DNA of 64,000 nucleotides from Octopus vulgaris. Lineage: Eukaryota. Made by a program: the position numbers and the translations under genes. How positions within the stretch are numbered: the first letter of the stretch is position 1; each line of letters begins with the position of its first letter. Shown here piece after piece: positions 12,170 to 24,600 of the stretch. The stretch covers positions 161,510,001 through 161,574,000 of the forward strand of contig OX597815.1 in the NCBI GenBank assembly GCA_951406725.2. Reading direction: 5' to 3'. Under the pieces are notes generated by a model. It saw only the letters and a program-made list of their open reading frames with translations. It was not told where the DNA came from and made no database searches.

Positions 12170-12603
12170 AGCAGTAGAAAAAGAAAAGGAAAATAAAGAA
12201 CACTTTGAACAATGCAGAAAGTTTTACAAGAACCTTTATATTTCAGGTGCAAATGCCTATCCTCAGAAAGAAGCTGTTCAAGAAATATTTAGTTAGATCA
12301 ATTCCATTATTTTATTTTAAACAGCTTAGTGTTTGGGTTAGCAGCAGTAGCAGATGGTGCAAGTAACTCTCCAACTGTTGGTCAATGTGATATATTTTCA
12401 AGTGGTTGTGGTGGTGGTGGTGGTGGCAGTAGAAGATAGTGTTGGTGATGTATGACATGATCTCAGATGCAGTCGCTATGATGTATTCATAGAAGCCATC
12501 AACCCATCTCTGACTGACTGTTAATTTTTGGGTTGAGTTGGTGGATCAAAACAGCTTCCTTGATATGAAGATTTCTTGTGTTCCTCTTGATGCTAGTATG
12601 GAG
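12170..12603 (-). mobile_element. Penelope-like 3' remnant: GIY-YIG C-terminus plus 3' UTR
   Basis: Minus strand reads HTSIKRNTRNLHIKEAVLIHQLNPKINSQSEMG* (stop 12499-12501), matching the LxIKEAxxIxxxxPxLNxQxE end of PLE endonucleases; a hammerhead lies downstream. Confidence 0.7.
12233..12270 (-). ncRNA. Minimal type I hammerhead motif
   Basis: Minus strand: cttt CTGAGGA t agg-catttgca-cct GAAA ta T A aagg; palindromic ATAT stem III. Confidence 0.65.
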
Positions 12604-12649
<46 letters not shown>

Positions 12650-12651
<2 letters not shown>

Positions 12652-13053
12652 TCTTTTACTCTTTCATTAGTTTCAGTCATTTGACTGCGGCCATGCTGGA
12701 GCACCGCCTTTAACCGAGCAACTCCACCCTGGGACTTATTCTTTTGTAAGCTCAGTACTTATTCTATCAGTCTCTTTTGCCAAACCGCTAAGTAACGGGG
12801 ACATAAACACACCAGCATCGGTTGTCAAGCAATGCTAGGTGGACAAACACAGACACACAAACACACACATGCATATATATATATAGATACATACGACGGG
12901 CTTCTTTCAGTTTCCATCTACCAAATCCACTCACAAGGCTTTGGTCGGCCCAAGGCTATAGTAGAAGACACTTGCCCAAGGTGTCATGCAGTGAGACTGA
13001 ACCCGGAACCATGTGGTTGGTAAACAAGCTACTTACCACACAGCCACTCCTGC
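12650..13053 (-). mobile_element. SINE family A, full length
   Basis: Reverse complement of the family A consensus; other minus copies at 14665, 30186, 33668, 38610, 44590, 49520. Confidence 0.88.
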
Positions 13054-13064
13054 TGTGTATATAT

Positions 13065-13129
<65 letters not shown>

Positions 13130-13689
13130 TACCAGTAAAATCTGTTATTGATCAAGTAAATAATTTTACTGTTTATTGGGAGCCATATGGAAAGTATTAT
13201 TATATGTATAATTTACTCCTCCTGTATGTGTGCATTTTTAGAAGAGAAAACCATGTAATAATTGAAGAAGAAAGATCAATATCATACATGAACTTGTGTT
13301 TGTTTATGACATGACAATAATAAGTGAGTTGTATGTATTATTTTATTTATCTATACAGTAATGGAAATATGATATTTTTATAAGAGAAAAACATGTAATA
13401 CTTGAAGTAGAAAAAAGATCATTTTTATACATGAAACTCTGTTAGTTTATTACATGATAATAATAAGTGAAATGTATGTGTTATTTTATTTATCACTACA
13501 GTAATGACAGTTATATAATACAGTTCATTGAAACAGGTAATTTACTCATTCTTCAGTGTAATGATAGTAATGGTAAATGAAGTTATTGAAGTATTGATGT
13601 TGCATTAAGAATGAATATTTCTTTATGAACAGTGTTTTTCGTTTTATTTCGGGGTGCATAAGCCTTTAGTACAAACAGTGAGACTGTTT

Positions 13690-14345
13690 GGGTCAATGAA
13701 GTTTGTGCACAATTAATCTTGTACCACTGCATAATTTTTTTATTTTATTCACCCTTTTGAAGCCTAGCCAGGCTCATGGGCTCGGTTTCCTGGTTTCTGT
13801 GGCGTATGTGATACCCCCAGCTGGACGGGATGCCAGTCCATCACAGCGTTACTCAAGAAACAGGAAGAGGGAGTGAGAGAAAGTTGTGGCGAAAAAGTTC
13901 AACAGGGATTGCCACCATCCCCTGCCGGAGCCTTGTGGTACTTTTTAGTTGTTTTCGCTCAATAAACACAGACAACGCCCGGTCTGGGAATTGAAACCGT
14001 GATCCTCCGACCGCGAGTCTGCTGCCCTAACCACAGGGCCAGTGTACATCCACCTGCATAATTTTGGTTGAGACAAAATATGTAATAGCATAATAGGAGT
14101 CCTCTTTTTTCAACTGAAGACAATGAAGAGTTGTACCTGGTGGTTGTAGTGAGTTAAAGAATTTGATGGGGTAGTTGACACTATCCTGATCATCAACAAC
14201 TCTGTCAGTTCAGTTATAAGTGAAGACTTGTGGAAATTTATTCAATGGCATATTATTAACGGTACTTAGAAGAACATATTGAAGAGCTTATTCAATAGCA
14301 TATTAATGTTATGTACTGAAACTATTTTGGAGCCAGGATAACTCA
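13690..14345 (-). mobile_element. Helitron RepHel (PIF1-type helicase) fragment split by a family C SINE (about 13745-14053)
   Basis: ILAPK...[40 protein letters not shown] / SGTRLIVHKL; SINE TSD ctgcataattt at 13727 and 14054. Confidence 0.85.
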
Positions 14346-15009
14346 CTCACAGATCCAATCTGTTTTGTAATAATGAAAGAGATTAGCAAAGGTGTGTGTG
14401 CGTGTGCATGTGTTTTCTTTTAGTGAGAGAAAGAAAGAGATACAAATAGAGAAAGAAAGAGGAGAGAAAGAAAGGGAGAGAGAAAGGGAGAAGGGAAGAG
14501 AGAGAGAAAGGGAGAAAGGAAGAGAAAGAGAAAGGGAGAAAGGAAGAGAAAGAGAAAGAAAGAGAGGTAAAGTAGACAGATTGAGAAGAAAGAAAATCAT
14601 AGAGATGGTGTCTGGTTTTAGTTTCGATTTGTGGACAAAGAGACAGAATCTCTCTTTTATATACTCTCTTACTCATTTACTTGTTTCAGTCATTTGACTG
14701 TAGCCATGCTGGAGCACCGCCTTTAGTCAAGCAAATCGACCCCAGGACTTATTCTTTATAAGCCTAGTCCTTATTCTATCAGTCTCTGTTGCCGAACTGC
14801 TAAGTTACGGGGACATAAACACACCAGCAAACACAGACACACAAACATATACATACGCACGATGGGCTTCTTTCAGTTTCCATCTACCAAATCCACTAAC
14901 AAGGCTTTGGTTGGCCCGAGGCTATAGTAGCAGACATTTGCCCGAGGTGCCACACAGTGGGACTGAACCCGGAACTATGTGGTTGGTAAGCAAGCTACTA
15001 TATATATAT

Positions 15010-15627
15010 ACCATCCGTTCGTGGCCGTTTGCCAACCCTGTCTGGCCCCCGTGTCAGTGGCATGTAAAAGCACCATCCGTTCGTGTCCGTTGCCAGCCTC
15101 ACCTGGCCCCCGTGCCGGTGACACGTAAAAGCACCATCCGTTTCATGGCCGTTTGCCAGCTCTGTCTGGCCCCCGTGTTGGTGGCACGTAAAAGCACCAT
15201 CCATTCGTGTTCATTGCCAGCCTCGCCTGGCCCCCATGCCGGTGACACGTAAAAGCACCATCCGTTTCGTGGCCGTTTGCCAGCTCTGTCTGGCCCCCAT
15301 GTTGGTGGCATGTAAAAGCACCATCCATTCATGTCCGTTGCCAGCCTCACCTGGCCCCCGTGCCAGTGACACGTAAAAGCACCATCCGTTTCGTGGCCGT
15401 TTGCCAGCTCTGTCTGGCCCCCGTGTTGGTGGCACGTAAAAGCACCATCCATTCGTGTTCATTGCCAGCCTCGCCTGGCCCCCATGCCGGTGACACGTAA
15501 AAGCACCATCCGTTTCGTGGCCGTTTGCCAGCTCTGTCTGGCCCCCATGTTGGTGGCATGTAAAAGCACCATCCATTCATGTCCGTTGCCAGCCTCGCCT
15601 GGCTCCCGTGCCGGTGACATGTAAAAG
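15010..15627 (+). repeat. Minisatellite of about ten 62-bp units with higher-order periodicity
   Basis: Unit accatcc.ttcgtg.ccgtt(t)gccagc...ctggcccc.gtg..ggtg.cacgtaaaagc; variant pattern recurs at 124 and 248 bp. Confidence 0.93.
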
Positions 15628-17138
15628 AATATATATATATTCTTTTATTCTTTTATTCTTAAGGGGTTTTTAGTCAAAGAAATCAACCTCAGGACTTATA
15701 TTTTGTAAGCCTGGTACTTAATCTATCAGTCTCTCACTAAGTTAAGGAGACGTAAACCCACTAATACCAGTTGTCAAGTGGTGATGGGAAAACAAACACA
15801 TATATGAACATCAGGTAGGGCATCAAGCCATAAAAATCAAGCCAAAACAGACTATGGAACCCTGGCCTCACAAGTTCTTGTCAAATCGTCCAACCCATGC
15901 CAGCATGGAAAACAGACATTAAATGATGATGATGAGTTACAATAGTCTTCTTTTAGTTTCCAGCTACCAAATCCACTCACAAGGCTTTGGTTGGCCTGGG
16001 GCTATAAAAGATGACACTTCTCCAAGGTGTCACAGAATGGAACAATCAAACCTAGAACCATACAGTTGAGAAGCAGTTGTATTAAAAGGTTTGCCTTCAC
16101 CCAATTACTCATGAGTGAATTGCACTATTTGATATTCTGAAAGTGTTGCTTCTACTATTGTTCATATCAACGTTGCCATTTTCAAGATTACATATTTGTG
16201 CATATGGGGCATTTTTCTACCATTAATTGTTCTCTAAACTGTTCATTTGCTTCTTTTTTTTTTTTACATTCAGTTGTGTGTCTTTTATTTTTTTTAGTAT
16301 GCATGCATGTGTGTGTATGTGTTTGTTATTTTAGTGTTTCATTGTGAGTGTAGCCATCTTTGATGTGAAATTGTAATATGTGGAAATAAAATATTAGAAG
16401 TTTTTGAAACAGAATTTCTTTTCTTTTGTCTATCTTCAAGTATGAGGAAAAGCCTTCCTTTGGCAATTGTACTCTTTTAATACTTGAATAAATCGAGTTT
16501 CAAAGAGAAAAACAAAGCGATGTCTTCACACTATGAGAGTTATATACTACTACTACTGCTGCTGCTGCTGCTACAACTACTACTACTGCTGCTACTAAAA
16601 ATAATAATAATAAGATATCATTTTGCCAGTATGTCTTCCTTGACTGTTAAGAAATAAGGCAGCAATTTTGGGGTGATGTTAAGTCGATTACATTGACCCC
16701 CAGTTCTCAACTGGTACTTATTTTATAGACCCCCAAAAGGATGAAAAGCAAAGTCAACTTCAGCAGAATTTGAACTCAGAACATAAAGACAGATGAAATG
16801 CCACTAAACATATTACCCAGCAAGCTAATGATTCTGTAAGCTTGCCACCTTACAATATCAATATTAATACCCTTATTGTATTTAATGGCCAATTTGAAGA
16901 AAAAGAAATATTTTCATGAAATATTTTCTTGAAATGAAATTTAAAGGAGGAGGGATACAATCCCAAGTTCTTGTCAAAAGCAGCTTAAATGCTAGTAAAA
17001 TTATCCAGTACTAATGAGATCCAATAAGACTGAAACATATCTGAAGTTCTCACTATATTGCCAAGATCAGTCTCACTCTTGAATTTCTTGACCAGAATTT
17101 ATAAGCTAATGCTTCTTTCTTCTCACCATGGTTGTAAC

Positions 17139-17349
17139 CAGTGTTGGATTTAGGACAAATGAGGCCCAGTGCTTAGTTAAGTTATGAGCTCCTTTACTAG
17201 GAATGTTTGACATTTGAAGCCCCTTATTTGAACATTTGGCATTTGAAAAATTCACCATAAAAAATTTGGGTGGGCAGGAAGAGGGGCCCCTTTGGATAAC
17301 GGGGCCCTGTGCTTATGCACACTTAAGCACAGTGGTAAATCCAGCACCG
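17139..17349. mobile_element. hAT-type MITE
   Basis: TIR cagtgttggattta / taaatccagcaccg; exact 8-bp TSD gttgtaac at 17131 and 17350. Confidence 0.88.
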
Positions 17350-17614
17350 GTTGTAACTATGTAACTGGGTTAAGTATGTTAAGACAACTACTTAGAAAAA
17401 TAGTATCTCTTTGTACAAGATCTGATTGACCTTTTATTCATATACCATAACAATGAACAATAAAAATAATTAATTAAATAAATATGAAATTGGGACAATT
17501 GAAATGGAATAGTGACAACAAGCATGGTTATTTAATGGGAGAATGGAAAATACACTTTACATCAGTGGGAAATTTCCATCATCAGCTGCCAATTGAATAT
17601 CCTCATGATTTTGA

Positions 17615-17867
<253 letters not shown>

Positions 17868-18897
17868 TGTTTATTCATTGACTGCACAAAAACAGAAAAA
17901 TCCCTTCCATTTTTCAAGCCAGCTTATGTGTTAGCACCAAGAGTGATCAGCTGAACTACATGTGTATTTACTTAAGGACTTTGCAAGACCATCACTATAT
18001 TTGCCAGGTTCTGAAGTATCAGTTAATTTTTTTTTTTCCTAATGACAGAAAACAAGATTTGTATTTAGAACATAGAGCGCCAAAATATACACTGAAAGTA
18101 ATTTTGCACAGCTTCCATTTACCAAACCCCTTTTATAAGATGGCATTTATCAACCTTAGGTTATGATAGAAGATGCTTCACTGTTGGACCAAATCCAGAA
18201 CCGCAGTCATTACAAAACAAGTTTCTCACTCACCCACCATATACCTAGTGTTTCTCACTTTTTGAAAATAGTAGAATATGATTTAGCTTTTTCACTTTAA
18301 GATTACTCTGTCAAATTTATGCTTTATTCTCATTGTTTTATATGAATCGTGTATTATCTCATAACTTTGTGATTTCCTCTATGTAATTGAGTATTTTTAG
18401 AATGATATTGTAGGACTGGTGTGAGAGGCTGAATCTAGCTGGCTTGAACATAAAACTAATAGAATTTTTGAACCAGATGCGACCAGTTTTAACATTAAAA
18501 GTTAGAATATTTTTGGCCAGATATAGCTGACTTAACTATTTGGCTTTCAAATTACTCATTCAAATTTATGCTTTATTTATTCACATTGTTTTGGATTGAT
18601 CATGCATTATCTTGTAGCTTTGGTATTTCTATGAGGTGATTAAAAAAAATTTTTTTTTTGTTTTAGAATCACATTTAAGGATAGGTATGAGAGTCTAAAT
18701 TTGGCTGGCTTGAATGTAAAATAGGTAGAGTATTTGGATCAGATATTATCAGTTTTAACATTAAAAGGTAGAATATTTCAACCATGGGCATATGGTGTAG
18801 TGGTTATGAGTGCATGCTACTAACCCCAAAATTCCAAGTTCGATTCCAGGCAGTGACCTGAATAATAATAATAATAATAATGATAATAATAATAATA

Positions 18898-19440
18898 AAT
18901 GCCCTGATGCCGTACCAGACAGTGGCTCTCATGGCTTCTGATCTTAACTAATTGGAAGTGTTATCATGTACATTGTTTTGATGGGCTACAGAAAATATTC
19001 TGCTCAATACCACAGATTTACTTGTCATTTGTTTGACCATAACCAGTTGACCATGTCCCTTAGTGGCTGACGATATGTGCATCTTTGACCATGTGCGGAA
19101 GTAGTGGGGGAGCATCATAGCCATGTGTTGAAAGGAATTCTTGGAGGTTTGAATAATTCACCTTTGGAAACCTGGGTGGTTTGTTCAACATCCTTAAACA
19201 ATCCTTATTCAAGGACCTTTTGAGTGGGATGGGCTACTCGACCAGAAGAAAATTCTAACTGGGCCCCACCTGCAAGATCATGTGCTGTTAATCTTGATAT
19301 GAGATCACCATGTTGCGCACATATGGTTGTGATGCATGCGCCTGGTATACTCATATCAGACGGGTAGTCATGATGGGTATACTGGGCTTCGTATATTTAA
19401 CCCCAGTGTCACTTTGATGGCATGCATTACTCTCTCCCTC
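18898..19440 (+). mobile_element. About 540-bp non-coding insertion within (AAT)n
   Basis: GC-richer block bounded on both sides by (AAT)n; no ORF. Confidence 0.6.
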
Positions 19441-19441
19441 A

Positions 19442-19477
<36 letters not shown>

Positions 19478-19524
19478 TTGAAAAATACCTTAGGAATGAG
19501 AACCCAGGTTTGAAATTTCCCCAA

Positions 19525-19570
19525 GACACCTGATGAAGGCAGGAGAGTATATCAGCTGAAACGTTGTGTT
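19525..19570 (+). ncRNA. Minimal type I hammerhead motif
   Basis: gacac CTGATGA a ggcag-gagagtatat-cagct GAAA cg T T gtgtt; palindromic ACGT stem III; stem II partly decayed. Confidence 0.7.
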
Positions 19571-20144
19571 AACAACAAACAAGATGAGGACAAATATCTG
19601 TCAAATGTAAATAATGTAAATAATGCTGATATAGCTGGTTTAATGCTTTAGTATTTGGATTACTCTGTCAAATTTATGCTTTATTTTTTCACATTGGTTT
19701 GGATTAATCCTGTATGGTCTCATCACTTTGAGGTTTCCATGATGTAATTTGTGTATATTTAGAATGATTTTTGAGGGTTGGTGTAAGAGGCTGAATCTGG
19801 CTGGGCCAGACACGACCAATTTTAACATTTTGGCCAGATATGGCTGGTTTAACCCTTTAGCATTCAGATATTTTATCAAATTTATGTTTTATTAATTCAT
19901 ATTGTTTTGGATTAATCATGCATTTTCTCATAGATTTGAGATTACCATGATGTAATAGTTTATGATTGTGTATTTTTAGAATTACTTTATAGGGTAGGGG
20001 TAAAAGCAGATCTGGCCAGTTTGAATATAAAACAAGTAGAATATACGGGCTTCGTATGGTCAGTTTAGATACTGAAGTGTTAAGGGAGATTTTTACTCAT
20101 ATTTCTAGCAAATCAATAAATTATGTAGGGGTTCTAGTTCCATT

Positions 20145-21752
20145 GCCCAGACTTGTGCCACAGAGGGTAACTTTCTAGGTGAAATCCCATGGTCATTCAA
20201 GACTGAAGTGTGTTTTTACCTTACTTTTTAACTTCTAATGACCCTTTCAAGTATTTGAAGTATTTCGAGTATTTGAATGAATTTATTTTACAGGTGCTCT
20301 GAATGCTGACCACCCCTGTGCATCTGTCACTTGTGGTATATTCATTCTTTGACATTAATCTGCCTGTGACTCTACTACATCTCTAGTTTATAGTGTTATA
20401 TTATATGCTACAAAATTATTAAGGTGCTAATAATAATGTTAATCTATTTTAAACTTAAAAGTTAATGCTTTAGGCCTACCTAATTCAATTAACAGTAGGT
20501 TGGTTACTGTTTTGCAAGGTAATCTTCCATTCTTAAATGAGCCGATGCAAAAATAGATATTTTTAGTAAATCTACTGGAAATGATCATGAAAGAGTATAG
20601 CAGACTGCCCCTATCACTCACCCAGTACAAAAAGGCCAGAAGTCTATGAAGACAACATATGAAAAATATTATGTATTTCAAGAGGAAAAATTAGTTCTCC
20701 AGTATACTGTACCGCCATTACCCCACCACTGCCACCACTGCCATCGCCACCGCTGCCACTGCCGCTGTCGTCATCATCATCATCTGTTTTTTTTCATGTT
20801 TGCATGAGTTTGATGGGTCATTTCTAGTAGAACCAGGTGTTTCTTGTTGACAAGACACAACATGTCAAAACATATTGTCCCAGAATCCCTTGCCTCAATG
20901 CGCTAAGTGTATTATGAAAAAACCTGTCATCATGAATGGGAGAAGTTTTTCTCCAGTGACATACACAACAGTGACTAGCATATTTATGTTCAAATATGCA
21001 GGAGCAGGTTAAGAATAAATATGTATAGCATCATTTCAGATATCAGTGTACACAATGCAAATAATGATTTCCTTCCCAGTAGAGTGTCAGACCACTTGTT
21101 TTCGTCCTCTCTTATCTCCTTTGTGAGTATCAGTAACCTCACTGAGCCTGCTTGCTTCATTTCTTTCCTTCATGCCAGTCAAGTTCTGGTTACTTGGCTT
21201 TCAGAACACTCACCTCTACTGTTAATGAGGTTACATAAGTCATATAAGTTACTGACTAATTCTAAGGAGTGAAGGCGTCAGGCTCACAATCATGAGATAG
21301 TAAATTTGATTCTGAGACTGGGCTGTGCATTGAGTTCTTGAGCAAGACACTTTCTTTCATGTTGCTCCAGTTCACTCAGTTGTAGATATGAGTTGCAACG
21401 TCACTGGTGCCAAGCAGTATCAACCTTTGCCTTTCCCTTGGATAACATTGGTGATGTGAAGAGGGGAGACTAGTATGTATGGGCAACTACTAGTCTTCCA
21501 TAAACAACCTTGCCCAGACTTGTGCCACAGAGGGTAACTTTCTAGGTGAAATCCCATGGTCATTCAAGACTGAAGTGTGCTTTTACCTTACCTTTTTAAC
21601 TTCTAATGATCCTTTCAAGTATTTGAAATATTTCGAGTATTTGAATGAATTTATTTTACAGGTGCTCTGAATGCCGACCACCCCTGTGCATCTGTCACTT
21701 GTGGTATATTCATTCTTTGACATTAATCTGCCTGTGACTCTACTACATCTCT
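20145..21752 (+). repeat. Dispersed direct duplication of about 240 bp (20143-20383 and 21510-21751)
   Basis: ttgcccagacttgtgccacagagggtaac...ctctactacatctct present twice with few mismatches. Confidence 0.9.
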
Positions 21753-22565
21753 TGTGAGTCCATGGTTTACATTGGGCAAACTGTATGAAATACCTAAATA
21801 TGCCTTTTCTGAAAAATAAACATAGCTGCTTCCCAGATGACAGGAAAGTCCTGTTTGCTTTTCTTAATAACTAAAACGTTCATTTTTGCTGCTATTCAAA
21901 ACTCACTAGAAGGCTGCAAAGAAATGAAGAAAGATAAATATTGAGATTTAAAAAAGCACTCCTCTATTGACTATTCAAGAAAAATCGTTTAAAATATTTT
22001 AGCCTTAGGAAGAAATTTAGACATCAAAACACTCCTAGAATTCAATGGAAAATATTGAAATTTCTCTACAAAAGATAATGCAGTCCTATTCAGTAGAGTG
22101 TAGTAAATGAAAATATAATAATAAAAAATAAAACTAGAAAATAGTATTACAAAAGATGTTGAGAGCCATGAAATATAAAACAGTTGCCTAATAGCTGTTG
22201 TTGTTTGGCCTCAGGTCTTAACATTAATTGAGTAGACCTTTGGACAAAGACATTCTTTTTGTGGCCATCCCATCCTTTTAGAAGCACACTGAAATAAATT
22301 GCCAGCTATGTCCTTCCTTATCTTAAGATGATGGAGTTTGGCTTGTAGGGAAATCTGGTTGTTATTTGTGACAGGCTCAGCAACTGCATTGAGATTCTCA
22401 CAATAACTTGTTGCCCAATAGGAGAAGAAAGTGTAAAAACTGTCAATGTTGAGTTACTTTTTATCTGATCCTTGTTGGTGCTGTTGCTGCTGTTGTTGTT
22501 GCTGTTGTTATTGTTGTTTAACACATGTCAGCCCTGATTGAACAAACTTATAAGCAAAAACATTC

Positions 22566-23012
22566 TGTAGTGATGCCTGATTCCAGACGCCATTTTGGAA
22601 TTTTCATCCACGCATGCGCAGGGATTAGAGCCTTCCAGAAGGCCTGCCGGAAGCCCCTTATGAGCAGTCATCATCAGCAGCTAGGCTTGACCGCCATTCT
22701 CTCTCTCTTCAGCCCTGGCTTTTGACCAGACAGGACGCAACTTAGACCAGCTCTGTGGAGCTGGAATTCTGATGGTGAGCGACGTTGCGATTCTGTAAAA
22801 ATGCCTTCGTATTTTTGTGTCTGACTACCAACCCTGCTGCTTCTCACACACCAAGGCGTCCAGGCTACCGATGTTCAGAGATGAAATGTTTATTCAGACG
22901 AAATAAATTATTATTATTATTTGTTCAGAGATTCTTGTTCCTGCTATTTTCCTTTCCACGACTATGTAAGGAATTGTGAGGCACCCATCCAGTGCCATCC
23001 GCACTTCCTACA
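22566..23012 (+). mobile_element. Solo LTR (447 bp), Gypsy-like
   Basis: TGTAG...CTACA termini; 4-bp TSD attc at 22562 and 23013; internal AATAAA near 22902; GC-rich relative to flanks. Confidence 0.85.
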
Positions 23013-23779
23013 ATTCCATTCATGATCATTTTTGTCCTTCATTTAAGCCTAAAGGTAAGCAGATCATGAATGAGTTCGATTCCCAATGGCACATTGTGTC
23101 CTTGGGCAAGACATTTTATTTCACAATTCGCCAGTTCACTCAGCTAACAAAAATGAGTTATGCCTGTATTTCAAAAGGGTTAGCTTTGTCACACTGTGGG
23201 TGTCACACTGAATCTCCCTGAGAACTATGTTGAGGGTAAGCATGTCTGGGAGTGCTCGACCACTTGTACATTAATTTCATGAGCAGGTGGTTACATCGAT
23301 CAGATTAACTGGAAAAATTGTTGTCATAATTGATGGAGAACCAGGCAAAGACATGCAGGTCTAGAGTATTTGATGTATCCTTCTTGAAGACTATAAAGTC
23401 TGAACTGCAGATTTTGATGCTATTTCTAGCAGATCAAATGACCCCTAAGAGACCACCACCCCTCGTTTGTTGATAATGGAAAAATAGCCCATTGAATAGA
23501 AAAGGCTGAAAAGTGTCTTTTGAGTCAGAGCTTTGACAAGAATTTCCTCCAGAACTTTTCGTGTCAAAACACAAAAAATAAAACCTACAGCTGCCAACAT
23601 ATAACCTATCATTCACTTATTTAAATGAGAAATCTAAGATAACTTGTTGTTGCTGTTGTAGTACTGTTTGCTGTTTAGCCCTAGGTCAAACCTGTTCTGC
23701 AAATCTATGATCAAAGACATTTAAGCCTTTTGCATTCAGAATATTCTGTCAAATGTAATGCTTCTTTATTCACATTGTT

Positions 23780-24600
23780 TTGAATTAATCAAGCATTATC
23801 TTGTAGCTATGAGGTTTCAATGATGTAATTATTTATTTTTAGAATAACATTGTGGAGGTAGGTGTGAGAGGCCAGAGTTGACCAGTTTGAATTAATCATG
23901 CATGATTTTGTAGCTACAAGATTTCAATGAGGTGCTTGTTTATTTTTAGAATGACATTGTGGGGTAAGTGTGAGAGGCCAGATGTGGTTAGTTTGAATTA
24001 ACCATGCAGCTATAAGATTGCAGCTATAATCTTGTGGCTCTAAGATTTCAATGAAGTGATTGTTTATTTTTAGAATGACATTGTAGGTTAAATGTGAGAG
24101 GCCAGATGTGGTTAGTTTGAATTAATCATGCAGCTATAAGATTACAGCTATGATCTTGTGGCTTTAAGATTTCAATGAAGTGATTGTTTATTTTTAGAAT
24201 GACATTGTAGGTTAAGTGTGAGAGGCCAGATGTGGTTAGTTTGAATTAATCATGCAACTATAAGATTGCAGCTATAATCTTGCAGCTATAAGATTTCAAT
24301 GAAGGCGGCGAGCTGGCAGAAACGTTAGCACACTAGGTGAAATGCGTAGCTGTATTTCGTCTGCCGTTATGTTCTGGGTTCAAATTCCGCCGAGGTCGAC
24401 TTTGCCTTTCATCCTTTCGGGGTCGATAAATTAAATACCAGTTACGCGCTGGCGTCGATGTAATCGACTTAATTCCTTTGTCTGTCCTTGCTTGTCCCCT
24501 CTGTGTTTAGCCCCTTGTGGGTAGTAAAGATATATATAAGATTTCAATGAAGTGATTGTTTATTTTTAAAACAACATTGTGTGGCTGGTCTAAGAGGCCA
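23780..24600 (+). repeat. Tandem amplification (about 105-122-bp units) of MITE interior, interrupted by a family B SINE
   Basis: Repeated ttgaattaatcatgca...agatttcaatgaagtgattgtttatttttagaatgacattgtagg...gaggccagatgtgg; SINE 24304-24534 has TSD tataagatttcaatgaa. Confidence 0.85.

Larger units (their letters stand above)
18786..19625 (+). mobile_element. tRNA-headed SINE with internal (AAT)n and a 3' hammerhead, split by a secondary insertion
   Basis: Head gggcatatggtgtagtggtt...agttcgattcc (A and B boxes); (AAT)n resumes at 19441; body ends with tgtaaataa repeats. Confidence 0.7.
18290..20082 (+). mobile_element. Cluster of about 200-bp piggyBac-type MITE copies, interrupted by the 18786-19625 insertions
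   Basis: ttaa-ccctttagcattcagattactctgtcaaat...ccagtttaaatgctaaaggg-ttaa consensus; also at 23720-24672, 34270-34640 (-), 42345 (-), 55028-55494, 61658-61882 (-). Confidence 0.65.

Noticed and set aside
12247-12603. Plus-strand exon after tttcag
   Set aside because: Better explained as a minus-strand Penelope GIY-YIG tail plus hammerhead
15010-15627. CRISPR-like array or repetitive proteins (MDGAFTCH...)
   Set aside because: The spacers recur, the unit derives from a retroelement module, the context is eukaryotic and there are no cas genes
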